Shown: positions 18,601-28,609 of the stretch, piece by piece
How positions within the stretch are numbered: position 1 is the first letter of the stretch
Layout: each line of letters starts with the position of its first letter
NCBI GenBank assembly: GCA_045863295.1
Contig: BTWA01000001.1
Location: forward strand, 1 to 64,000
DNA length: 64,000 bases
Reading direction: 5' to 3'
Origin: Candidatus Hydrogenedentota bacterium
Lineage (GTDB): Bacteria; Hydrogenedentota; Hydrogenedentia; Hydrogenedentales; SLHB01
Position numbers and translations under genes: made by a program
Notes under the pieces: generated by a model
What the model was told of the DNA's origin: nothing
Database searches by the model: none
Seen by the model: only the letters and a program-made list of their open reading frames with translations

Positions 18601-20347
18601 ACAGGTTGCATGCCCGCGCGATTCGGATCGCTTTCTGTGCGAGGGCCCGCGCCTGTTCGCGTTGCCCTGTTTCATTCAACATGGCAATGAGACGTTCGTA
18701 GGCATCGATCTCCATCGGTAAATCGGCAAGATGATCGCTCAGATAGGCACACGCTTCCTCGCGTCGGCCGGATGCCCACAACATTTCAGCCCGAAGCCGG
18801 ACACCGCCGGTGTTGCCGGCATCCAACGCTTGAACCTGGTCCAGATGCAATTCCGCCTCACCATGGTTTTCAAGGCGAGCATGCAGTGCGGCCAAACGAC
18901 GATGCGCTTCGGCATGGAGCATTTGCGGCGTCGCTGTCCGTTCGGCCATGGCACGATGCCATCGCATTCGAAATGGATCGCTCTGCGGCGCAACGATGAA
19001 CTCCCAACCCGTCACGCCATCGACCGCCAGCGCATCGTGCAGACACCGCGCCTCGTCCGCCTCCCGCCCACACGCGCGAAACGCCGCAGCCGCGTTCAGC
19101 GCGCACACGGCCGATTCCGGTGCAATCTGCTTCGCCTTCATGAATGCGCCGCAGAATCGGGTCCGCCGCTCCTCCTCGGACCCAGCCTGGCTGTAGGCGT
19201 TCGCCAAGTGCTGGCCCGCCCCTGTCCACGCGCGCGGATCGCAGGGCGCCAACTGAACAGCTTTCGCCACCCATCCCACTTCCATTGACTGATAGACGCG
19301 CCAGCGCGAGAAGCCGTACATCAGCAACGTCTGAATGGCCTGCTCCTCGACCGGAAATTGCAGGAAGAGCCTACCGCCTGATGGGAGGGAGGCGGTACGT
19401 TCAATCAATTCGGTAAACCGGTTCTCTCCCGCCCACGATTGGGCCCGCGCATGGGCTCTGGCGGCTATTGGCTTGCCAATGCCCTCCCAGTCGTCAAGGT
19501 AGCGATCAATCAACAGCTCAAGATTGCCCTCGTCGTACAGCACGATATCCTCGCCCGGAGTAAACCACTGACGGACCTCTACGTTGGACGATTCCAGGAA
19601 CGGGAGCGCCCCGCACGCCAGCGTCTCGAACACCCGCAGATTGAGCTCTCCCCGTATCGAATGGTTGAACACGATCTTGGCCCGGCTCAACAACTCGCCG
19701 TAGGCATCGTCGAACACGCCCGTGGTTATAACAACGCGCCGGGTATCCGACAGCTGAGCAATACGCTCCAGATACCGCGCTCTGTCCATGTGGGCCGTGT
19801 GGTTTAAGTTCCCCACAAACAACACATCGATATCCCGATCGACAGGTACCGCCCTGTGAATCGTGGAAATGTGGGAGTACAGTGGGAAAATGTGGACAGG
19901 CCTCACCTCTTCAGACGTGAGTGCTTGGACGCCTCGAGTATCGCAAACGACAGCGTCGTAACGCGCCAGATTGCGATGCAGCACGGGGTAAAAGACGTTC
20001 CAATCCGACACCAGAGCGACCGTGGGGATGGGGCAGTGCTCTATGCCAAGGGGAGGCGGGTGAACTTCCGGCATCCAGCACAACAGCAGATCGGCTTTCC
20101 AGTTTTCCGCAATTCGCGCAATAACCGCAGGTGCATCTTCTGTCAGAGGATTGTAACGAAAGTCCGCACCGTCCCAGTTTCCGAGGTAGCGCAGGTCGTG
20201 AGGCCCTGTGTACCGGCGCAGCGGTATCTCGTTGCAGAAGAAAGGGATGCCGTGTGATAGCACCTTCACGAGCCGCCGCCCAGATTCCGGCCACTCAAGG
20301 AGACCATTCGTAAAAGCGTCATCGTTCCCGATCCAGTTCGTTGACAA
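18599..20347 (-). CDS. Glycosyltransferase (CgeB/Glyco_trans_1_2-like) with C-terminal TPR-like region
   Basis: RDIDVLFVGNLN, YGELLSRAKIVFN, LNLRVFETLACG; helical Ala-rich C-terminus. Confidence 0.8.
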   Translation of the reverse strand: MSTNWIGNDDAFTNGLLEWPESGRRLVKVLSHGIPFFCNEIPLRRYTGPHDLRYLGNWDGADFRYNPLTEDAPAVIARIAENWKADLLLCWMPEVHPPPLGIEHCPIPTVALVSDWNVFYPVLHRNLARYDAVVCDTRGVQALTSEEVRPVHIFPLYSHISTIHRAVPVDRDIDVLFVGNLNHTAHMDRARYLERIAQLSDTRRVVITTGVFDDAYGELLSRAKIVFNHSIRGELNLRVFETLACGALPFLESSNVEVRQWFTPGEDIVLYDEGNLELLIDRYLDDWEGIGKPIAARAHARAQSWAGENRFTELIERTASLPSGGRLFLQFPVEEQAIQTLLMYGFSRWRVYQSMEVGWVAKAVQLAPCDPRAWTGAGQHLANAYSQAGSEEERRTRFCGAFMKAKQIAPESAVCALNAAAAFRACGREADEARCLHDALAVDGVTGWEFIVAPQSDPFRMRWHRAMAERTATPQMLHAEAHRRLAALHARLENHGEAELHLDQVQALDAGNTGGVRLRAEMLWASGRREEACAYLSDHLADLPMEIDAYERLIAMLNETGQREQARALAQKAIRIARACNL

Positions 20348-20443
20348 TCTGGTACAATTGACCTAGAGTAGTGAGTTGGGAAGAAGCACGGCACCGTGGG
20401 CTGACCAAGCGAAGGGCAACCTGTTCTGACGTGGAGGTGTATC

Positions 20444-21334
20444 GTGATAACTCCTGTCCTCTCCGGCGTTCGCGATCGGGTCTATGCCATTGACCAAATT
20501 GCGACGCTCCCCCAGACGTTGGTGCGCATCCTCGAGGTCGTTCAGGACGAGCATTCCAGCGCCCTCGATCTCGCCAATGAAATTGCCGCCGATCAGGCAC
20601 TGGCGATGCAAATCCTTCGCACGGTGAACTCAAGCTACTACGGTTTGCGCCGTCGTGTCCAGACCATTTCCGAATCCGTGGTTATCCTTGGATTCGAAGA
20701 AGTGGAACGGGTTGCCCTGAGTGTGAGCGTGGTCAACTTCTTCGGGACCGATCCCCACTCCTTGCGTCTGCTGAATACCTTGTGGCGGCACAGCGTTGCC
20801 TGTTCCATTATTGCGGGCAGCCTTGAGCGCCGGTACCTGGATTCTCAACCCGGCCTATCCGGCGCGCGGGTGGCAGGCCTGCTGCACGATATTGGAAAAG
20901 CGGTTATTGCCCAGCACTTTCCCGAAGCCGTGGGGCCCATCCGAAAACTTATGGAAGAACAGGACATGTCCAGCGTGGACGCGGAGAAAGCCGTGCTCGA
21001 CGGGTATTCCCATTGCGACATAGGGTCGTGGGTGGCCGAAACGTGGGGCCTTCCGGAAACGTTGGTGGAAAGCATTGCCCTGCACCATATGCCCCACCTC
21101 GTACCGGCCGATCACGGCCTCGTGCATCTTGCTCATTTGGCCGATCAAATTGCGACGTTGCTGGGATATCCGTCTGTGAAGCTCGACAGCGAAAAGCGCA
21201 CCGCGAAAATCACCTGCGACATACTCGGCATCGACGATAGCATGATCGCCAAGTTGGCCGAACGCCTTGAACAGCAGAAGGGCGCAATCGGCATGCTGGC
21301 GTGTGCCGGGCACATGCCGGCGTCGGGTACCTGA
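20444..21334 (+). CDS. HDOD domain protein
   Basis: LPQ...DQALAMQILRTVNSSYYG, LWRHS, GLLHDIGK, WGLP...HH. Confidence 0.92.
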   Translation: MITPVLSGVRDRVYAIDQIATLPQTLVRILEVVQDEHSSALDLANEIAADQALAMQILRTVNSSYYGLRRRVQTISESVVILGFEEVERVALSVSVVNFFGTDPHSLRLLNTLWRHSVACSIIAGSLERRYLDSQPGLSGARVAGLLHDIGKAVIAQHFPEAVGPIRKLMEEQDMSSVDAEKAVLDGYSHCDIGSWVAETWGLPETLVESIALHHMPHLVPADHGLVHLAHLADQIATLLGYPSVKLDSEKRTAKITCDILGIDDSMIAKLAERLEQQKGAIGMLACAGHMPASGT

Positions 21335-21409
21335 TACCACGTCAGGCAGCACCGCCGGATCGCCCGCTATTTTCCACGCGCTTGCGTTTCGTGCTACTGT
21401 GCATACTCT

Positions 21410-22432
21410 ATGCGCGCATCTGAACTGGACTACACCCTTCCTGACGACCTGATTGCGCAGCAACCGGCCCAAAAACGTGACGCGTCGCGCTTGCTGGTCG
21501 TAAACAGGGCCACCGGCACCCTGCATTCGGACGTGTATGCCAATGTGGCCAACCATCTTCGCGCCGGCGATTGCCTGGTGCTGAACAAGTCCAAGGTTAT
21601 CCGAGCCCGCCTGCACGGACGTAAAGAGACAGGCGGACGTGTCGAAATCTTTCTTCTGCGCGAATTGTCCCGCGGCGAATGGGAATGCCTGATGCGTCCC
21701 TCGGCGAAAATAAAAGAGGGCTCGGTCATTCATGTAAGCGAGACTGTAAAGGCGGTTGCCGGTACCGTCTTGTCTGAAGGCAAGCGCGTTGTGCGATTCG
21801 ACCCGCCCGATGTGTTGGCCGTACTCGAACGTGAAGGCGAAATGCCCCTGCCTCCGTATATTCGCCGAGATAGCCCGGACCCCACCGATTTGACCCGCTA
21901 TCAGACCATCTATGCTGAATCTCCGGGGAGTGTGGCGGCGCCAACCGCCGGGTTACACTTCACGCCGGAGGTATTTGCCGCCCTGGACACGGCCGGCATA
22001 CAGCGCACGGAATTGACGTTGCACGTCGGCTACGGTACGTTCAAGCCCATACAGGCCGAGGATCTACGCAATCACACACTGGATGGCGAGGACTACGAAT
22101 TCTCGCCGGAAGCGGCGGAACGGCTAAACCTTACCCGCACAAGGGGAGGCCGGGTAATTGCCGTGGGTACCACGGCGACACGTGTTCTCGAATCGCAATG
22201 CCAGAACGGCAGCTTCCACCCTGGCAACGGTACCACACGGCTCTTCATCTACCCTCCGTACACCTTTCAGGCCGTGGACGTACTGCAAACCAACTTCCAC
22301 CTGCCGCGATCGAGCCTGCTGGCGCTCGTGTGCGCGTTTGCCGGCACGGAACTGACCATGGAGGCATACCGGTACGCGGTGCGTGAGCGGTTCCGGTTCT
22401 ACTCCTACGGCGACGTAATGCTCATCCTGTGA
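21410..22432 (+). CDS. queA: SAM:tRNA ribosyltransferase-isomerase QueA
   Basis: DYTLP..LIAQ, PLPPYI, GSVAAPTAGLHF, TNFHLPRSSL, FRFYSYGD. Confidence 0.97.
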   Translation: MRASELDYTLPDDLIAQQPAQKRDASRLLVVNRATGTLHSDVYANVANHLRAGDCLVLNKSKVIRARLHGRKETGGRVEIFLLRELSRGEWECLMRPSAKIKEGSVIHVSETVKAVAGTVLSEGKRVVRFDPPDVLAVLEREGEMPLPPYIRRDSPDPTDLTRYQTIYAESPGSVAAPTAGLHFTPEVFAALDTAGIQRTELTLHVGYGTFKPIQAEDLRNHTLDGEDYEFSPEAAERLNLTRTRGGRVIAVGTTATRVLESQCQNGSFHPGNGTTRLFIYPPYTFQAVDVLQTNFHLPRSSLLALVCAFAGTELTMEAYRYAVRERFRFYSYGDVMLIL

Positions 22433-22451
22433 TGCGGCCGGCTGCTAACCC

Positions 22452-22540
22452 GCATTTTGCACCACGCTTAAATCGTGCGTGGAAGATTGAAGTACAGTCT
22501 CCATGGAAGACTGAAGTACAGTCTCCGTGGTGCAAAATGC
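22452..22540. repeat. 89-bp element with perfect 15-bp terminal inverted repeats and an internal 24-bp tandem repeat (MITE/REP-like)
   Basis: GCATTTTGCACCACG ... CGTGGTGCAAAATGC enclosing two copies of TGGAAGAYTGAAGTACAGTCTCC. Confidence 0.7.
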
Positions 22541-22671
22541 TCACACAGAATTCCTAAAGCTTGAAACGCTGAGGATATATCACGTGCACACTGTAAGTGC
22601 ATCAGTTTTGGCAACAGGCCGGTTGAATTGTTGGTACACAGTTAATTGGACAAAGTCGTGAAATATCCGGG

Positions 22672-23205
22672 CTAACGAACCTCCACGATCAATTCACCGT
22701 AGCCTCGCTCCAGTTCGAGTATGCCCTCAACATGGGTGGAGGCAGCCCAAAGTACCACGTTGTAGTACTGACCCGTTTCCGATTCGACAATTTCGTCCAA
22801 GCCGTTATGCACCAGTACGGCGTGGTGCATGTCCGGCGTGACATTGTCCATGCAGCGCGGAGTTACCGGAATCCCGGATACGGCATCCGGCGCGTTGGTG
22901 CGAACGATTTGCCGGCCTACCCCTACATTGCCCTTGAGATCGTTCGTAACCTCCATTTGAACGCGCACATCGGCAATGGCGCCCGCCGGCAATTCCAAGG
23001 GGCCAACACTATAGGCAACTATCTTCTCGCCCTTGGGCCCAACAGCGACACCGTCGATATTTTCCGATTTGTCACGGTGAATAACCCGGTGCGGCTGGGC
23101 CGACGCCTCCCGGCTCAACCCGGAATGGGCCAACCAACCCAGCACAATTCCCGTGAAGACGAGCGCCGCTGCCGGGAGACGCGCCGAAGCAATCGTTTTG
23201 AACAT
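22672..23205 (-). CDS. Hypothetical exported beta-rich protein
   Basis: Signal-like N-terminus ending ASA-Q; GGAGG RBS; no family recognised. Confidence 0.65.
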   Translation of the reverse strand: MFKTIASARLPAAALVFTGIVLGWLAHSGLSREASAQPHRVIHRDKSENIDGVAVGPKGEKIVAYSVGPLELPAGAIADVRVQMEVTNDLKGNVGVGRQIVRTNAPDAVSGIPVTPRCMDNVTPDMHHAVLVHNGLDEIVESETGQYYNVVLWAASTHVEGILELERGYGELIVEVR

Positions 23206-23342
23206 GTTCTGAACCTCCGCCCGGCAAGATACTCCAATATACGAGGCCATGGAAACCGCCCGCGTACAGCACCCATTATCTGCCTTGACTTGCATCCCGG
23301 TAGATCCTAGTGTGAATGCCGAAAACGCGAAGGACCATTACG

Positions 23343-24485
23343 GTGAATACAACCAGCTACGACGTGATAGTGTTGGGACTTGGCGCGATGGGCAGTGCGA
23401 CTCTATATCAACTCGCCAAGCGAGGGGTGCGTGTCCTTGGCATCGAGCAATTCGGTCTGGCGCACGATCAGGGAAGCGCCCACGGCATCGCCCGGATCTT
23501 TCGCAAAGCCTACTTTGAGCACCCGGGTTACGTTCCGCTGCTTCAGCGCGCGCACACGCTCTGGCACGAACTGGAGGCAGAATCCGGCAAGGATTTGTTG
23601 GTCGAATGCGGGATGGTAATTGCCGGTCCGCCGGGCACGGACGTCATGCGAGGGCTGGACCAATGTTACCACGACCACCCCTTGCCGCACGATCGCCTTA
23701 CTCCAGCCGAGGCGCGCAGCCGGTTTCCCGAATTCGCGTTTCACGAGGCCTGGGACACATTCTTCGATCCCGAGGCGGGGTATCTGCTCGTGGAATCGTG
23801 CGTGGAGCACCACGTCAAACTCGCCCAAGGGCTTGGGGCGGATGTGGCATTGCATGAACCGGTGCTGGGCTGGCAATCCGATGCGAACGGCATAACAGTA
23901 CGAACCACAAAACAGACCTATCAGGCCGCCAAACTGATTGTTGCCGCGGGGGCATGGGCCGTGCCGGCCGTCGCGGAACTGGGCGTACCACTGCAAATTC
24001 TTCGCAAAGTGCAGCTGTGGTACACAGGCGCGGGTCAGGAACGTTACGCGCGTCCGGGTTTTCCATGCTATGCCTTTGTCATGCCCTACGGATTCATTTA
24101 TGGATTTCCAGCACGCAATGAAGAAGGCGTCAAACTGGCCGAACACAGCGGGGGAACACCCACTCCGGAACCCGACCAACTGGATCGATCGCTTCATGCC
24201 GGAGACGAAGAACCGATTCGACGCTTCATGGGAGAGGTCATGCCGGAATTCGAACCACATCTAAGGCATTTCAGCGTGTGCATGTATACCATGACCCCGG
24301 ATGCCCACTTTATTCTGGATACCCATCCCGAATTTGGGAATGTAGTGTTGGGGGCGGGATTCTCGGGACATGGCTTCAAGTTTGCCTCCGTCGTCGGCGA
24401 AGTCTTGGCTGATCTGGCGGAGAAAGGATGCACCCAACACGAGATTGGCTTCTTGCGCCTGGAACGTTTCGCAAAACGCGCATGA
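23343..24485 (+). CDS. solA: N-methyl-L-tryptophan oxidase / monomeric sarcosine oxidase family
   Basis: VIVLGLGAMGS, GSAHGIARIFR.AY.E, CMYTMTPD, GFSGHGFKF; GTG start inferred. Confidence 0.9.
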   Translation: MNTTSYDVIVLGLGAMGSATLYQLAKRGVRVLGIEQFGLAHDQGSAHGIARIFRKAYFEHPGYVPLLQRAHTLWHELEAESGKDLLVECGMVIAGPPGTDVMRGLDQCYHDHPLPHDRLTPAEARSRFPEFAFHEAWDTFFDPEAGYLLVESCVEHHVKLAQGLGADVALHEPVLGWQSDANGITVRTTKQTYQAAKLIVAAGAWAVPAVAELGVPLQILRKVQLWYTGAGQERYARPGFPCYAFVMPYGFIYGFPARNEEGVKLAEHSGGTPTPEPDQLDRSLHAGDEEPIRRFMGEVMPEFEPHLRHFSVCMYTMTPDAHFILDTHPEFGNVVLGAGFSGHGFKFASVVGEVLADLAEKGCTQHEIGFLRLERFAKRA

Positions 24486-26032
24486 TGGACCTTCTTGAAA
24501 AAGACATACCCGTGGAAACACCCAATACGATTCCCGAGAACCGCGCGCCAAAATGGTTCTGGCCGGTTGTCTATGCCGCCGTCATCGGATTGGGCATTGC
24601 CCTTCGCGCGCGCGCCTATGCTGCGAACAAAGCATTATGGCTGGACGAAGCATACCTTGCCCTCAACATTCTGAAGCGCGACTACCACGAACTTCTTAAT
24701 CCCCTCGAGTACCTTCAGAAAGCGCCGTATTTGTTTCTCGCAACTACACGGTTGGCGACCGAATCCATTGACGCATCGGAATACGCCTTGAGGCTCGTCC
24801 CCTTTGCCGCCTCCGTACTTACCCTTCCACTCTTCTATGGAATTCTCCGGAGGCTGGCGACGCCGCCCGTGCGAGTATTTGCTCTTGTGCTTTTCGCGGT
24901 CGCATCGCCCCTCGTGTTTTACGCGGCGGAGACCAAACCATATTCGCTCGATCTGCTGATTGCCCTACTGATTGTGTTGCTGTTGTTGCCGGAACAATTT
25001 TCCTTCGGCCGTGCGACCGTAATTGCCGTTACCGGAGCGATTGCGGTTTGGGCTTCCTTCACGGCGGTCTTTGTCCTGGCCGGAGCAGGCGGCATCGCAT
25101 GGATTCGGCAATCCTGGCGCAAGCAAAGCGTCTCGCTTGCGCTACTTTCCGTGGCCTTAGGGGTCTCCGCGGCGAGCTTTCTGTTCTATTACCGGATAGC
25201 ATTGCACCAGTCTGTTGCGGATCAAACGGTCCGCTCCTGGTGGACCGAAACGTTCATGCCGCTTCCCCCTTCGCACCCGAGCGATCTGCTGTGGTTTGCG
25301 CGAACCGGCGTAGACGTTTTCAGGCATCCAATCGGACTTACCCTGCCGGGGCTGGGGATCTTTCTGTTTATTCTCGGGTGGATTGCGTTGTGGAAACGCG
25401 ACCGTTGGACGCTCGCCCTGATGTTCGCGCCGATGGTTATGGCGCTCGGGGCGAGCGGCTTGAAGCTGTACCCATTCCATGAGCGATTCCTGCTATTCGC
25501 TTCGTTTCCACTTTTCTGGCTCATGGCGGAAGGGGTGGCGCATCTGCGTGCCCATATGGTTCGGCCACTGGTGCCCGCCATCGCCGCAACCTTGCTCGCC
25601 GTACATCCCGTGTTGTATGCCGCCCGCGACTTTGCCAAGCCTCAACCTCGACAAGGCGTTCGCGGCGCCTATGAGCACCTGCTGCGAAGGTACAAGCAAG
25701 GCGATGCGCTCTATGTGCACCACTGGGCTTCCCCTCCGTTGCAGTATCTCTATCTCCGCGACGGAAACCCCATGCCGGAATTCACCGAAGGGGTCAGCGC
25801 CCGCCGCGAATGGCGCTACTACCTCACCGAGATTGATCGCTTGCGTGGCAAGCCTCGCGCCTGGTTCCTGTTCATCAATGAACCAAAGGAATTGATCGGA
25901 CAGGAAGAGCAATTCTTTCTTGCATACCTCGACGGCTTCGCCTATCGCGAAGAATCGCTTCTTACCAACCAGTCCAACCTTTACCTCTACGATTTAAGCG
26001 GACGCAGGCTTCCGCCAGACGTGGATGACTGA
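24482..26032 (+). CDS. GT-C fold membrane glycosyltransferase (PMT/GT39-like)
   Basis: LWLDEA after TM1, EYALRL, YAAETKPYS, many TM helices. Confidence 0.8.
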   Translation: MMDLLEKDIPVETPNTIPENRAPKWFWPVVYAAVIGLGIALRARAYAANKALWLDEAYLALNILKRDYHELLNPLEYLQKAPYLFLATTRLATESIDASEYALRLVPFAASVLTLPLFYGILRRLATPPVRVFALVLFAVASPLVFYAAETKPYSLDLLIALLIVLLLLPEQFSFGRATVIAVTGAIAVWASFTAVFVLAGAGGIAWIRQSWRKQSVSLALLSVALGVSAASFLFYYRIALHQSVADQTVRSWWTETFMPLPPSHPSDLLWFARTGVDVFRHPIGLTLPGLGIFLFILGWIALWKRDRWTLALMFAPMVMALGASGLKLYPFHERFLLFASFPLFWLMAEGVAHLRAHMVRPLVPAIAATLLAVHPVLYAARDFAKPQPRQGVRGAYEHLLRRYKQGDALYVHHWASPPLQYLYLRDGNPMPEFTEGVSARREWRYYLTEIDRLRGKPRAWFLFINEPKELIGQEEQFFLAYLDGFAYREESLLTNQSNLYLYDLSGRRLPPDVDD

Positions 26033-26643
26033 TGTACAGCGGAACGCGCGGACACGGTTTGCTGGAAGGGTTTCTTGCTCGAAGACGGTGCGCCATGGCC
26101 AATGCACTGGTTCCCACGCGCTCGCGCGAGGGAAGCGTGCTCGATATTGGCTGCGGGACATATCCGCTGTTTCTGACAAACACTCGATTCGCCCACAAGG
26201 CGGGAATCGATCGGGTCACTGACCCCTTCACGGTGGATCGATTGCGGGAACATGGAATTGACCTTCGCCACTTCGATCTCGCAGAACCGGCTTCGCTTCC
26301 CTTCGATTGCGCGTCGTTTGATGTAGTGACCATGCTCGCTGTTGTCGAACACATTACTCCGAACCGGCTCTCATTCATCATTTCAGAAGTACACCGCGTA
26401 TTAAAGCCCGGCGGGTTGCTGATAGCAACCACGCCGGCATGGTGGACCGACAGGCTGTTGCGTATGATGGCGCGTATGCGCCTTGTAAGTCCGGAAGAAA
26501 TCGAGGAGCATGCGTCCGCGTTTCGCCCCGGCGATCTCGTTTCGCTTGTGGCATCGGGCGGATTTGCGCGCGACTCCATTCGCAACGGCACTTTTGAGCT
26601 GGGCATGAATCTTTGGATTACCGCAACGAAGGAACTGGCATGA
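26032..26643 (+). CDS. Class I SAM-dependent methyltransferase
   Basis: VLDIGCG, LPF..ASFDVV, VVEH, RVLKPGG. Confidence 0.9.
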   Translation: MYSGTRGHGLLEGFLARRRCAMANALVPTRSREGSVLDIGCGTYPLFLTNTRFAHKAGIDRVTDPFTVDRLREHGIDLRHFDLAEPASLPFDCASFDVVTMLAVVEHITPNRLSFIISEVHRVLKPGGLLIATTPAWWTDRLLRMMARMRLVSPEEIEEHASAFRPGDLVSLVASGGFARDSIRNGTFELGMNLWITATKELA

Positions 26644-27188
26644 CAACCCCGCACGAAGAATGGATTCAGCGCGAAACCGTGTTTGACGGCCGTATAATCA
26701 AGGTACACACCGGCGAGGTGCGGCTCAGCGACGGCATGGTGGCGTACCGCGAAATGGTGGAGCACGGCGGCGGAGTGGCTGTCGTGCCCGTGCATGATGG
26801 CCAGGTGATCCTGGTGAGCCAATTTCGCGTGTGTGTAGGCAAGGCCGTGTTGGAATTGCCCGCGGGCCGGCTGGAACCGGGCGAAGCCCCGGAACACCGT
26901 GCCCTGATCGAACTCGAAGAAGAAATCGGGTACAAAGCCGACCAGTTGGTGCACGTAGCCTCGTGTTACTGCTCTCCAGGATTCACCAATGAACTGGATC
27001 ATATCTATCTCGCGTTTGAACTGATTCCCACACAACAACGATTGGAAGCCGATGAACGCGTCGAGATCGTGACGATTCCCCTGGAAGAGATTGACCAACG
27101 CCTGAACGCGAAAGAGTTTGTGGACGCAAAGACGATCATTGGCTTGCGAGAGTTGCAGTCGTATTGGATGGCGAATGGGGGACTGTAA
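26640..27188 (+). CDS. NUDIX hydrolase, ADP-ribose pyrophosphatase (NudF)-like
   Basis: REMVEHGGGV, QFR, LELPAG, ELEEEIG, SPGFTNE, DAKTIIGL. Confidence 0.88.
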   Translation: MTTPHEEWIQRETVFDGRIIKVHTGEVRLSDGMVAYREMVEHGGGVAVVPVHDGQVILVSQFRVCVGKAVLELPAGRLEPGEAPEHRALIELEEEIGYKADQLVHVASCYCSPGFTNELDHIYLAFELIPTQQRLEADERVEIVTIPLEEIDQRLNAKEFVDAKTIIGLRELQSYWMANGGL

Positions 27189-27269
27189 CCGAAGTCGCGC
27201 GGCCCGCTGAACCGCGAACGAAGTCGAATGGACGCGAATAGCGGTCGTTCTCAATCACGAGGAGCGAAG

Positions 27270-28604
27270 ATGAAGCAGTTATTCTTTATTGCGCTAGGGC
27301 TTCTCTGCGGCCTGTTCGCCCGCGCGGAGGTGCGCGTCACCGATCTTGATGTGGCGCCCGTGTGGGCCGGGCATCGCGTGGGGTTCTGTCTGCTCACCGC
27401 TCCGCCTCGCCAATACGTGGCGTATTACGACGCGAACCGCCAGATGACCGTCGCCATGCGCCTGCTGGACGAAACCACGTGGACCTATCACGTGTTGCCG
27501 GAACAGGTCGTGTGGGATAGCCACAACTACATCACCATGGTTCTTGACGACACGGGCCGGCTGCACCTCGCCGGCAATATGCACGTGCACCCGCTCAAGT
27601 ATTTCAGAACCCAGGAAGCCCACGACATCGCCACCTTCGAACGGATCGAACGCATGGTCGGAACCGAAGAAGATCGCTGCACCTATCCCGCCTTCCTGCG
27701 CGGCCCTTCCAACGAATTGATATTCACCTACCGCGACGGTAAAAGCGGATCGGGCAACCAGATATACAACGTCTACTCCGTGGAAACTCAGTCATGGTCG
27801 CGCCTCTTGGATGCACCGCTCGTGGACGGCAATGGCGAAGCAAACGCCTACTTCGACGGCCCCGTTCGCGGGCCGGACGGATACTTTCATCTGTGCTGGG
27901 TTTGGCGCGACACACCGGACTGCGCTACCAATCACGATCTCAGCTATGCGCGCAGCAAAGATCTCCGGCGTTGGGAAAACAGCCGCGGTGAGGCGCTGGA
28001 ACTGCCAATTCGTTTGGAAACGGCGGACATTGCAGATCCCGTACCTCCCGGTGGCGGTATCATTAATGGAAACGCACGAATCGGTTTCGATCTGCTCAAC
28101 CGGCCCGTCCTCTCCTATCACAAATACGACGAAGCAGGCACGACGCAAATCTACAACGCCCGTTTCGAGGAAGGCGCCTGGAAAATCTACCAGGCCACGC
28201 AATGGAATTACCGATGGGACTTCAGCGGTGGAGGATCCATCGTTTTCGAAGTGGGTGTGGGGCCGGTCGTTGCCGAGGGGGGGCAGCTCTACCAAAGTTG
28301 GAGCCAGGTAAAGGAAGGCAGTCAACGATGGCGGCTCGATCCTGAGAGCCTGAAGCCCGTCGAACCGGCACCTTCCAACAAGCTCAAACTGCCCGCTAAG
28401 TACACGTCGATTGCTTCCACGTTTCCCGGCATGGGCATTCAGACCGCGACCGATCGAGGTGACAGCGGCACCCCAGGAGTAACGTACCAGTTACGCTGGG
28501 AAACCCTCGGCCCCAATCGCGATAAGCCCCGCCCCGAGCCCTGGCCGGAACCAAGCATGCTGCGGGTGCTGCGGATTGAGACCTCCGGCCGGACTTCCCA
28601 ATAG
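27270..28604 (+). CDS. Secreted BNR-repeat (BNR_4-like) beta-propeller protein
   Basis: Signal peptide; WDSHNYI, LHLAGNMH, TYRDGKSG, YARSKDLRRW Asp-box-like motif. Confidence 0.8.
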   Translation: MKQLFFIALGLLCGLFARAEVRVTDLDVAPVWAGHRVGFCLLTAPPRQYVAYYDANRQMTVAMRLLDETTWTYHVLPEQVVWDSHNYITMVLDDTGRLHLAGNMHVHPLKYFRTQEAHDIATFERIERMVGTEEDRCTYPAFLRGPSNELIFTYRDGKSGSGNQIYNVYSVETQSWSRLLDAPLVDGNGEANAYFDGPVRGPDGYFHLCWVWRDTPDCATNHDLSYARSKDLRRWENSRGEALELPIRLETADIADPVPPGGGIINGNARIGFDLLNRPVLSYHKYDEAGTTQIYNARFEEGAWKIYQATQWNYRWDFSGGGSIVFEVGVGPVVAEGGQLYQSWSQVKEGSQRWRLDPESLKPVEPAPSNKLKLPAKYTSIASTFPGMGIQTATDRGDSGTPGVTYQLRWETLGPNRDKPRPEPWPEPSMLRVLRIETSGRTSQ

Positions 28605-28609
28605 TGGCC

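Noticed and set aside
22478..22530. CRISPR array
   Set aside because: Only two directly abutting 24-bp units, with no spacers and no cas genes.
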